Assembly (NCBI RefSeq): GCF_006345805.1
Contig: NC_043009.1
Span: forward strand, 10,168,001 to 10,232,000
Length of the DNA stretch: 64,000 nucleotides
Source: Octopus sinensis
Lineage: Eukaryota
Reading direction: 5' to 3'
Shown: positions 53,955 to 64,000 of the stretch, in pieces
Numbering within the stretch: the first letter of the stretch is position 1
Layout: each line of letters opens with the position of its first letter
The notes under the pieces: generated by a model
Database searches by the model: none
The model's input: only the letters and a program-made list of their open reading frames with translations
What the model was told of the DNA's origin: nothing
Program-made: the position numbers and the translations under genes

Positions 53955-54935
53955 TTAAAATTTAAGATTACATAGACAGTATTTTACGTAGGATATGGGC
54001 AGTTCTCATGAGCACTATCTTTTGCATTTCTGCCTTTTGGGGTTTCCTTGTATCTAAGCTAGGTAGGAATCAGCCCCTTTTTCTATCATTCGTAGGGCAC
54101 CTATGACAATAGGTACTGTTTTAGTCTTGAAGTTCCACATTTTGCTAATTTCTATTTCATGATCTTTATACTTGCTCAGTTTTTGGTAGGTCTTGACAGA
54201 TACATTTATGTCGATTGCGACAGTCATATCAACGAGGAGGCATGATTTTTGTTTGAAGTCTTTCAGTATAATGTCTGGCCTATTCGCATCTACCTTCCTG
54301 TCAGTTTGAACGGAGAAGTTCCAGAAGAGTGAGATGTGATCATTTTCAAGCATTGGAGGTGGTTTGTGTTCTCAACAGTTTTAATCATGGAACAGGTCCA
54401 GATTTTTGAAAATTACCCACTGAATATATTGTGTTGCTCTATCATGCCTGTTGAGATACTCTGTAGGCGCAAGAAGACTGCACATGGAGACATGATCGAT
54501 GGTTTCATTTTATTGTTAACATATACATGTTTGGCTATTGCCGTTCTTTAATACGTTGACCTGGTAGTTTATTGTAGGTAGGCATTGATTTTGGGCTGCT
54601 ATGATAAACCCTTCTGTTTCTGATTTTAAACCAGAAGACATTAACCATTGATGGGTAAGGGCTTTGTCAACATCGGCACTATTCGCTCTCTGTGGGTATT
54701 TGCCATAGGGAGGTTTTTCTTGCCATTTGTCAATAAGAATATCTAAGGTAGCAGTTTTAGCAAAAGCTTTCTGTGCTTGTTTCCAGTAAGTCTAATTCTG
54801 GAATTTGTTGTATTTGGAATTCACTTAGATATTCCTTTGCCTGTTTTGTGATTGCGTATGATGCTTTCTTGTTTTCATGCTTTGAGACTAATTTTAACAT
54901 CCAGTCATCAGAGTTTTTGAGGCAGGTGTCTAGGC
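53955..54935 (-). mobile_element. R4/Dong-clade LINE, 5'-truncated (second family)
   Basis: ETEGFIIAAQNQCLPT-like segment, RHDRA, WNFSVQTDRKVDANRPDIILKD, KLSKYKDHEIEI, IVIGAL, TAHILRKILSM. Confidence 0.88.
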
Positions 54936-54937
54936 CA

Positions 54938-54944
54938 ATTATTA

Positions 54945-55035
<91 letters not shown>
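54938..55035. repeat. (ATT)n microsatellite / LINE tail
   Basis: Pure ATT array joining two R4-type copies. Confidence 0.97.
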
Positions 55036-55036
<1 letters not shown>

Positions 55037-55853
55037 TAGTTTTATTTTTATAGCGTGCTTTCACTTCACTACCGAGCGCAGCTCTGTGTGCCTTGGGTAT
55101 GTGCTGTGATTTGTTGTGATGCTCTGATGGTTATTGTATGGAAAGTGCTCTGCGTAGGATGTGTGCAGTGCCTAGTAGTGCAATTTTATGTATGATATAT
55201 GTGTTTGTAAGTCCTGGTGTTTTTGTTATGTATTTGTCTGAATATTTTTTTATCATGCCTAATGCACCTACTATGATAGGAATTGTTTCTGTTTTCAGAT
55301 TCCACATTCTAGTTACCTCTATTTCCAGGTCTTTGTATTTTGAGAGTTTCTCCATTTCTTTTAGAGACACGTTGTCATCTGCCGGTATTGATACATCAAT
55401 TAGAAAGCATTTTTTTCTTCATGATCTCTGACAACTATATCTGGTCTGTTGGCCTTAATTTCTCTATCTGTGTGTATCGGCATATCCCAGAGTATTGTTG
55501 CTTTCTCGTTTTCTGTAACCTTTTCTGGTGTGTGCCTATACCATCTTTTTTCTGTTGTTATTCCATAATGTTGGCATAGCTTCCAGTGTATGTAGGTTCC
55601 AACTCTGTCATGTCTGTGAATATATTCTTTCTTAGCCAGGACTGGGCAGCTAGAGATAATATGATTTATTGTTTCTTGTCCATCTCCACATATTCTGGAG
55701 TTACTTGTAATATTTCTTTTCCTTACATGTTTTTGGTAATTTCTGGTGGGGAGGCTTTGGTCTTGTGCTGCAATTAAAAATCCCTCTGTTTCTGCTTTGA
55801 GTCCTGAGCTTCTCAACCATTGCTGGGATCTTTCTTTGTCTATTTCTTTTGCG
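55036..55853 (-). mobile_element. R4/Dong-clade LINE, 5'-truncated, well preserved (third family)
   Basis: LKAETEGFLIAAQDQSLPTRNY, ICGDGQETINHIISSCPVLAKKEYIHRHD, WDMPIHTDREIKANRPDIVV, KLSKYKDLEIEVTRMW, IIVGALG; 3' UTR ends aaaataaaactactg(AAT)n. Confidence 0.92.
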
Positions 55854-56125
<272 letters not shown>

Positions 56126-56647
56126 GAGTGAGAGAGCAGCAGATGCCGTCAAAGTGACACTGGGGTACAATTATACGAAGCCCAATATAATCATCATGAC
56201 TACTCGTCTGATAAGGGTACACCAAGCACATGCATCACAACCACGTGTGCACGACATGGTGATATTATATCAAGATAAACAGCGCAAGACTTTGAAAGTG
56301 GGACCCAGTTAGGATTTTCTTCGTGGTTGAGTAGCCCATCCCGCTCAAAAGGTCACTGAAAAAGGTTTGTTTAAGGATGATGAAAGAAACACCCATGTTT
56401 CCAGAAGTGAATTATTCAAACCCCAAAGAATTCCTCTCAGCTCATGGCTATGATGCACCCCACTACTTCTGCTCGTGATCAGAGATGCACATATCGCTAG
56501 CCACTAAGGGACATGCTCAACTGATTAAACAACTGACAAACAAATCTGTGGTACTGAGCAGAATATTTGCTGTAGCCCATCTTTTTCAAGACAAAACGTG
56601 TACATGATAACGCTTCTAATCAGTTAAGATCAGAGGTCATGAGAGCC
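56126..56647 (-). mobile_element. (AAT)n-tailed ~500 bp retroposon-like repeat
   Basis: Reverse complement of 12276-12775; its tail merges into the ATT array ending at 56125. Confidence 0.8.
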
Positions 56648-56699
56648 TAAGTCTGATATTGCATCAGACATTATGAATCAAACTTATCAATTCAGTATT

Positions 56700-58700
56700 C
56701 CAATTTTTTATACTTTTACCATTTTCTCCATATTATCTGCCACTCCAAACATGATAATTGTTTTACATATCCAACTGTGCGGTACCATGCCATATGCTTT
56801 TCTGTAATCTAACCATGCTACATTCAATCCCATCAATCTGCATCTACAATTTCTAATAATCATTTTATCAACAAATAAGTGGTATTTTGTTGCCCTGCTT
56901 TGCTTCCTGTACCCTTTCGGTCCTACTGGAAGTTGATTGTCACTTTTTAGATGATTATATAACTTTTCTCTGAAGACACTGGTCATAAGCTTTCACAAAA
57001 GTGGCAAACTGGTTATAGGTAAAACATTTGATACTAATTCATTTCTCAAGGAGTCCTTGAGACATAACAGCGTTCGTCCACTTGCCATCAAGGTGGATAC
57101 GTGACCCTGCTGCAGGCATTCATCCAGGTGCAGAGCGATCCTTTCATGCAATTGTGTAAAATTCTTCAGCCAGTTACCTTGTACTCTATTCGGGTCAAGC
57201 CATTTCTAAATTGCTATATTTTTAAAAATTTCTGTCTGTGTTTATACTCCTTTTGTGCACTCACTCGAAATGTGGTTGATGCATTTGTCTTATTTCTTAC
57301 AGATTCTACAATTGCTGCCTGATTGAGTTTCGTAGACCTTTGTCTTCATTAGATTTATTCTAAGGACTTGTTCCTGAGCGGCTATAATTAGCGTTTCTGT
57401 CACTCGTTTCAAGTTGCCGTCTGTCAACCAGAGTCAGCAATCCTTACTTCCAAAATTCTTGGTTGTCGCATGAATTGGCCATGTAGTTCCATTTCTTTCC
57501 ATCTGCTAGTTCTGTTGTTCTCCCTATTCTGTTTGAATTTTCCAACTTCTTCGGTTGCTCTTTGAGAATCACTGGCAGCCGGTAGTATTCTTTCTTTACT
57601 CTGCACAATAGTTCTTCGGTCCCTGTATCGCAATATTGACAATGCCTTCTGCGTTTAGTAATTCTCTTACCCCTTCCTTTTTGGTGGAGAGAGTCGGTCG
57701 GTATTGCTTCTGGGGTGGCGTGTGGTGTACATTGTGAGCAGCTTTCTAGTTCTTCTATCCAAGATTTGTAGCTCAGACTCTCTCCATTTCAGAAATGGAG
57801 AAAGGCCGCGCTTCAGAACTCGGCCTTTCTTCGAGTACTTTTATACAGACATAGTCCATGTTTTTATGATTTGAATGAAGTTCCCTTAATTTAATTTTAT
57901 TTCGAGCACCCTCCGAATTCTCTTCTTGTACTCATAAGTTATTTTCTCTCTCATTTCTCCTTCCATTATCCTATTGCAAGCAGTCCTACATAATTGTACC
58001 CTCATTATTCCACAGCGAACAAAAGATGCTGTCTTATGGTAATTTCATGTCATCAGAGTTTACCTTCCGGCCTCTCTTCATAATTAGTACTACGTATCTA
58101 TTTACCCCAAATAGCATTCCAGTATTTATACTGAATACTCTCACTGTTTGGATTAAAGTGTCACGGTCCGTCTAATTTTTTGTATACAGCTTCGGGTCAT
58201 CCATATAAAGTAAGTGATTTATCCTCATCTTGGTTTTGGTAAACTAATAGATTGAGCTTTCTCAGAATACTTGTGAGAGAGATATGAAGCGCAATGACAA
58301 CGAGTAACGAACAGAGCGAGATCCCTTGCAATATATCTCCGCATATTTTCACATCACTTAGCGATTCATTTGCGTCTGTCAGCTCTAATTCCAACTTTCT
58401 CATTCCAAACATCTTCAAGCGTCTTCAGACACTCCAAGAGCCAGCTTTGCTGGACATTGTCGTCAGCTTTTCTACAGTCTATCCATCCAACAGCTAAATT
58501 CTTCTTTCTTACCCGCCTTTCATTTAATATTATTCTATGTATATATATAGTAGATAAGCAGTTTCCCTTTATTTTTTTCCTACAACTTTCTGTTCCTTTG
58601 GCAATAACCTTTTTGCAGAAAATTATGTACTTTATCTGCTATAAGACCAGTTAATAGTTTCTAGAGTAATGGTAAGTAAATAATAGGTATATATAATTGC
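56700..58700 (-). mobile_element. Older, scrambled R4-type RT fragments (at least two copies)
   Basis: AWLDYRKAYGMVPHSWI (56708-56986), WKEMELHGQFMRQ...ETLIIAAQEQ (57350-57640), DILQGISLCSLLVVIAL...TLY (58197-58418). Confidence 0.75.
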
Positions 58701-58922
58701 TGCCTTACCATTTCTTTTTTTTTGTCCTTCAGTATCAGTACTATTCGTTTTGTCATTGATGTTGGTGTTCCATTTTCCATGCAGTCAGTAAAATTGGTAG
58801 TATATAAATATCTATACTTGGTAGATTCTTGAGCCAGAAACCCTGGACACCATTTAGTCTGGAGGCCACGCAGTAGGACTGAACCCCGGAACCACTACTT
58901 ACCATACAGCCACTCCTGCGCC

Positions 58923-59828
58923 TGAGGTGGTATCAAAACGTTCCCGGACTACTTCTGTAGCGCGCCAATACATGACAACACAGTTGCGTGCGAAGCGACG
59001 GATAGCAGTGACCTTTATGAGGCAATGTGCCGAGTGACATCGCTGTGTTTCGTTCGCAAGTTGTAAAAATTTGTGTTTTAATCATCCCGTGTATGCTGTA
59101 GTCTGCGATTTTATCATGGATAGGAAGTTGGAACAAAGTGCCAACGTGAAATTTGCGTTAAACCTGGGAAGTCTGCTACAGACGAGAGTTGGGTCTACGG
59201 GTAAGGCCCTGAGGCAAGGGAGCAATAGTCACAATGAAAGATCCTTTCATCTCTACGATCGAAGAAGGCACGACAGAGCCGCAACTCAATCAATAGCATG
59301 CTCATCATTTTTCTTTTCGACATCCGCAGTATTGTGCATCGATAATTTGTCCCCCTTGGGCAGACCGTCAATCGGGAGTCCAACTACGACCTTTTTGAAG
59401 TGTTTGAGGGAGGATATTCGGCGAAAGCGACTGGATCAGTGGAGTGCGAAGAACTGGATTCTCCAGGACGACAATACACCCTGTCACCGAGTTCTCCTCA
59501 CTCGTGAGCTTTTCACAAAAAACATGGTATCGCTTCTATACCCGCCCTATTCACCAGATTTAAGAACTGCGGAGTTCCATCTCTTCCCCAAGATGAAAAT
59601 GCAGCTCAAAGGTAGCCGTTTTAAAACCGTTGTCGAGATCCAGATCGAATCGCAGAAGGTCTTCGACTCGCTTACGGAAAACGACTTCTCGGCCGGATTC
59701 CAAAAGTCTCTGGCACCGATGTGTTGCTGCGCAAGGTGACTATTTCGAAGATGATGTTAAAACTTAGATAAATAGGTTATCTTTTGTTAAACATTACTAG
59801 CCCTGGAACTTTTTGATACCTCCTCGTA
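58923..59828 (+). mobile_element. Internally deleted mariner (irritans/Hsmar2-like) with both TIRs
   Basis: TIRs gaggtggtatcaaaacgttcc and ggaactttttgatacctcctcg|ta; peptides MDRKLEQSANVKF and WILQDDNTPCH...YPPYSPDLRTAEFHLFPKMKMQLKG. Confidence 0.9.
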
Positions 59829-60264
59829 TACACACGCAGACACACACACACACACACACACATACACGAGCGCACACCCCACTCATACATACAGAGCAGA
59901 GGTCAGTGAAGCGGTGATAATAATGATAATAAATAATAATAAGAACATCAACAACAACAACAACAACAACAATAATAAAAAATGATAATTTCTTTTTTTT
60001 CTTTTATCTTTCTAATGTGTTGCCTACAATTAGCCATTTCGCTGTAACTTTTTAAGTCATAGTTTAATTTCTGAAATAATTTCTCATCGCGGAATTTCCA
60101 TCTTGGAAACGGTCGATTGATTTTGCAGAGAGCAATCTAGTTCGGTGTCCTTGAATCCAAGGACCACAAGACGCTTTTACGGCAGTTCATGCCTGCAATA
60201 ATGTGGAAACTATAACCAATAGTGATGCCACAGAAGTCGACTCAATCGGCTTTGACCGCCCTCC

Positions 60265-60462
60265 CTTCTTCTTCTTCTTCTTCTTCTTCTTCTTCTTCTT
60301 CTTCTTCTTCTTCTTCTTCTTCTTCTTCTTCTTCTTCTTTCTTCTTCTCTTCTTCTTCTTCTTCTTCTTCTTCTTCTTCTTCTTCTTCTTCTTCTTCTTC
60401 TTCTTCTTCTTCTTCTTCTTCTTCTTCTTCTTCTTCTTCTTCTTCTTCTTCTTCTTCTTCTT
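60265..60462. repeat. (CTT)n trinucleotide array
   Basis: ~198 bp nearly pure CTT with one small interruption. Confidence 0.98.
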
Positions 60463-60934
60463 GAGGTGCTATATCATGGAAACAAAACAAAACAGAACGA
60501 AGAAACAAATCATTATTCCCGCACAGCTGTCCAATTCCGCTGCCAAAATATGTTTTAATAGTTGCAATAGGTTGAGTCAAAGAGAAAACTGCATGAGAGG
60601 AATAAGTTACAAGAAAAGAGGGGGAAAAAATGACAAGAAAAGGAAAAACAATGAAGAGACCTCTACTGGATTCCAAGAAAGGCAGGAAAAAATGGTAAAA
60701 AAAAAAAGGGGGCAGAGAATATAAGAGCAATTATCAGGCGTGAGATTCAATATTGCAGAGGTTTTTATATTGGAAGGGTTCGGAGGCTGTGTTAGGAGAG
60801 CGTAGTGGCTAAAAAAGGGGAGATGGGTGAGAAAATGCATAAAATAATTATGGATGTCGAGGAAAGAATAAAAGGAGAGACGGGGGGGGAGATATGGGGG
60901 GTAATATGAGTGCATTGCATGGTTGTGTGTGCGA

Positions 60935-61054
60935 ATGTGTGTGTGTATATATATATATATGTATATATACATACATACATACATATATATATATATATAC
61001 ATACATCTATATATACATATATACATATATATATATATACATGCATTTAAGTAC

Positions 61055-61090
<36 letters not shown>

Positions 61091-61094
61091 ATAC

Positions 61095-61156
<62 letters not shown>

Positions 61157-61219
61157 GGACTTAAATGCATGTATATATATATATATGTATATATGTATAT
61201 ATAGATGTATGTATATATA

Positions 61220-61255
<36 letters not shown>

Positions 61256-61319
61256 TGTATGTATGTATATAGATGTATGTGTATATATATATATATACGT
61301 ATATATATAGATGTATGTG

Positions 61320-61353
<34 letters not shown>

Positions 61354-61600
61354 TACATATTTACATACGTACATAATTACAATATATAAGTACATAAATG
61401 TATATGTATATGCATGTATACATATCTATATACGTTATATTTATATATATATATACATGACCATATCTATATACTATATAAACACACACACACGCACACA
61501 TAAATAGACCGACACACATATCGAAATATACACACGTATGTGTGTATGTATATATATATATGTGTGTGTGTGGGTGTGTGTGCGTGTGTGTGTGCACGTA
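60935..61600. repeat. (TA)n/(TATG)n/(TG)n microsatellite complex
   Basis: Visible array. Confidence 0.96.
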
Positions 61601-61877
61601 TGTTTGAGTGTTTGTATCGGGTGGTTGTAGAAGGATGACACCAGAATGTATGAATGAGATATTGGATACAGAGAGAATAAGATATTGGATGAAGAAAGGT
61701 AGGGCGAGAGGCAGATAGCAACCACAGTAACAGAATAATGTTAATATGGATAAGAATACGAAGAGGAGAGCAAAGGAGAGGCCTGGTAAGGAGATTGGCT
61801 GAAGAAGAGGAAGAAAGAAAATAAACGCTATTAAAGGATATTAATCGGTGAAGATATAGGTATAGGTATGGATATGT

Positions 61878-62030
61878 GGCTATGTGGTGAAGAAACTTGC
61901 TTCCCAACCACATGAGCGTGGGTTCAGTCCCACGGCATGGTACATTGGGTGTCTGTTTTCTTCTATAGCCAACCAAACACTTGTGGGTGGGTTTGGTAGA
62001 CGGAAACGGAAAGAAGCCCGTCGTATATAT
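61878..62030 (+). mobile_element. SINE family A, head half
   Basis: gtggctatgtggtgaagaaacttgcttcccaaccacatg...ggttcagtccc...gaaagaagcccgtcgtata. Confidence 0.8.
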
Positions 62031-62044
62031 ATATATGTATGTAT

Positions 62045-62250
62045 AGTTAGTTACTCCAAACATAAACAAAGAGAATACACAACAATGCGAGGACGTGGAA
62101 CAAGTATAGTGTTATTGGACGCTCAGGAAAGGAAAGAAAGAAGGAGGATTTGACGTTTCGAGTGGAGCTCTTTGTCAGAAACACAGAAAAAGGAAAAGTC
62201 CAAGGAAGGGAAGACGGAGAAAGAGAATCGCCAATGAAACACACGCGGTC
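62045..62250 (-). mobile_element. Short Penelope-pLTR-like repeat with a minimal hammerhead motif (second family)
   Basis: Minus strand gttt-CTGACAA-A-GAGC-tcc-ACTC-GAAA-CGTC-aaat at 62182-62148; shares the downstream ttcctgagcgt with 43872-44055. Confidence 0.6.
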
Positions 62251-62283
62251 ACACACACACACACACACACACATATACATATA

Positions 62284-63275
62284 TACAGGGGTTGGACAAA
62301 ATAATGGAAACTCCTTAAAATTTCAAACAAATTTATTTTAATACGGAGTAGGACCGCCTTTGGCAGTAATTACAGCTTCAATTCTCCGAGGTATGGATTC
62401 CCACAGTTTGAATTCTTTCCAAAGAAATTATTGTCCATCCTTCAGCTAAAACAGTCTCCAGTTCTTGTAGTGATGATCGTGGAGGATATCGACTCCTTAC
62501 TTGTTTTTCTAAAATGCACCATAAATGTCCAATGATGTTGAGATCTGCGGACTGTGGTGACCAGATAAAATGTTCAACTTCACTAGAATGTTCCTCGTGC
62601 CGTTCAGTAACAATTTTAGCTATGTGAATTGGTGCATTATCATCCTGAAAGATTGTGTTTCCCTCCGGAAACAGTTTCACAAACATAGGATAAATTTGAT
62701 CAGATAAAATTCCTAAATAGTCTTGACTATTAATTCTGCCATGAAAGGAAACCATTGGGCCAGCGGATTTCCAAGATATAGCCCCCTAGATAACCATAGA
62801 TCTTCCTCCACGTTTAACAGTTAGAAGAAGGCAGTCTGGGTCAAATACTTCTTTTGGCTGTCTCCACACGTATACTCGGCCGGTGGTTGGAAACAAGGTA
62901 AAAGATGACTTGTCCGAGAAAATAACATTCTTTCACTGCTCTAGGGACAAATTCTGTAGGTTTTCACTCCACTCTAAACGCTTTGTAACGTTTGATTTTG
63001 AAAGTGGTAGTCTTCTAATTGCAGCCCACCCGTGAAATCCGGCTTTGTGCAGCTCCCGAATAGTTTTTGCAGTAATTTTGGGAGCTGTACTTTTGTGATC
63101 ATTTCTAACAATTCGCGTAAGAATCCGACGCTCCCTATCTGAAAGATTTGGTTTTCTTCCGGAGTTTTGTTTCGACGAGGTTTTCCCTCTTTCTCAAAGT
63201 CTGTCATTACGTTTGAGATCAGCCGTTTTCGTTACGCTAGCGCCTGCCATACGGGCACCAACAATTTGACCGATA
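62284..63275 (-). mobile_element. Tc1-like (DD34E) transposon remnant
   Basis: GQIVGARMAGASVTKTA, IFQDDNAPIH, WSPQSADLNIIGHLW; one TIR ta|caggggttggacaaaataatggaaac at 62286; the other end is lost. Confidence 0.9.
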
Positions 63276-63290
63276 GATCTATAATTTTAA

Positions 63291-63400
<110 letters not shown>

Positions 63401-63404
63401 TATG

Positions 63405-63505
63405 TAGTAGTGGCTGTGTGGTAAGTAGTTTGCTTACCAGCCATATAGTTCTGGGTTCAGTCCCATAGCGTAGCACCTTGGGCAGGTGTCTTCTACTATA
63501 GCCTA
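63405..63505 (+). mobile_element. SINE family A, head fragment
   Basis: gtggctgtgtggtaagtagtttgcttaccagcc...gggttcagtccc...ttgggcaggtgtcttctactatagcct. Confidence 0.8.
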
Positions 63506-63554
63506 TGTCATCGATCCCGAGGTGTGTTGTGTTTGTGTGTGTGAAAGGTAAATT

Positions 63555-63606
63555 AACTATGATGATGATGAGGAAGTAGAGGAGGAGGTCAGTTGTTGAA
63601 CTACTG

Positions 63607-63644
<38 letters not shown>

Positions 63645-64000
63645 GATGCTGCTGCTGCTGCTGCTGCTGCTACTACTACTGTTATTACAACTAATAATAA
63701 TAAGTGTACTACGGCTATTAACACTTTCTTTATTGGCCACAAGGGCCTACACAAAAACTAAAGCACGAGGAAGATGAGGATGATGATGACAGCGACTACA
63801 ACTAAAACAGCGACGAGACGACGACGAAACGACGACATTGATGGTGATGACATGACGATGCTGTTGGTGTTGTTGATAATGACAACTTCGACGTTGATGA
63901 TGATGATGATGATGATGATGATGACGGTGATGGCGTTGATGATGATGATAATGATGATGATAATAACGATGAAGGCGATGAAGATGATGTAGATGATGAT
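63555..64000. repeat. Mixed trinucleotide arrays (GAT, ACT, GCT)
   Basis: Visible arrays. Confidence 0.9.

Noticed and set aside
60203-60724. 173-aa ORF with poly-Phe and a basic tail
   Set aside because: Created by the (CTT)n tract; no coding evidence.

Overview
AT-rich, microsatellite-saturated animal genomic DNA with one 100-N gap. It is most likely an octopus; that is inferred from the tRNA-derived SINE families, the repeat landscape and a mollusc-like Dbx protein. The only confidently identifiable host gene is the homeobox gene Dbx on the minus strand. Three coding exons have clean, phase-compatible splice sites (13793-13587, 12109-11910, 4317-3997); the expected N-terminal exon was not found and may lie in the gap at 15638-15737. 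The rest is a transposable-element landscape: four tRNA-headed SINE families (labelled A-D here), three Tc1/mariner lineages, two Helitron-like non-autonomous elements, an RTE+SINE tandem unit, a rearranged Penelope-like (GIY-YIG) element, and a ~10 kb same-strand pile of R4/Dong-type restriction-like-endonuclease LINEs linked to (TAA)n microsatellites. The best leads are: (1) short dispersed elements carrying minimal Penelope-type hammerhead-ribozyme motifs; (2) TAA-microsatellite-targeted retroelements, one of them next to the Dbx homeobox exon; (3) inverted SINEs bracketing the homeobox exon (possible dsRNA, ADAR editing or circRNA); (4) an orphan ATG|GTAAGT first-exon-like segment plus a phase-compatible exon pair upstream of Dbx. 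Nearly all ORFs in the supplied track are microsatellite or TE artefacts. All family assignments come from motif recognition, not database searches.
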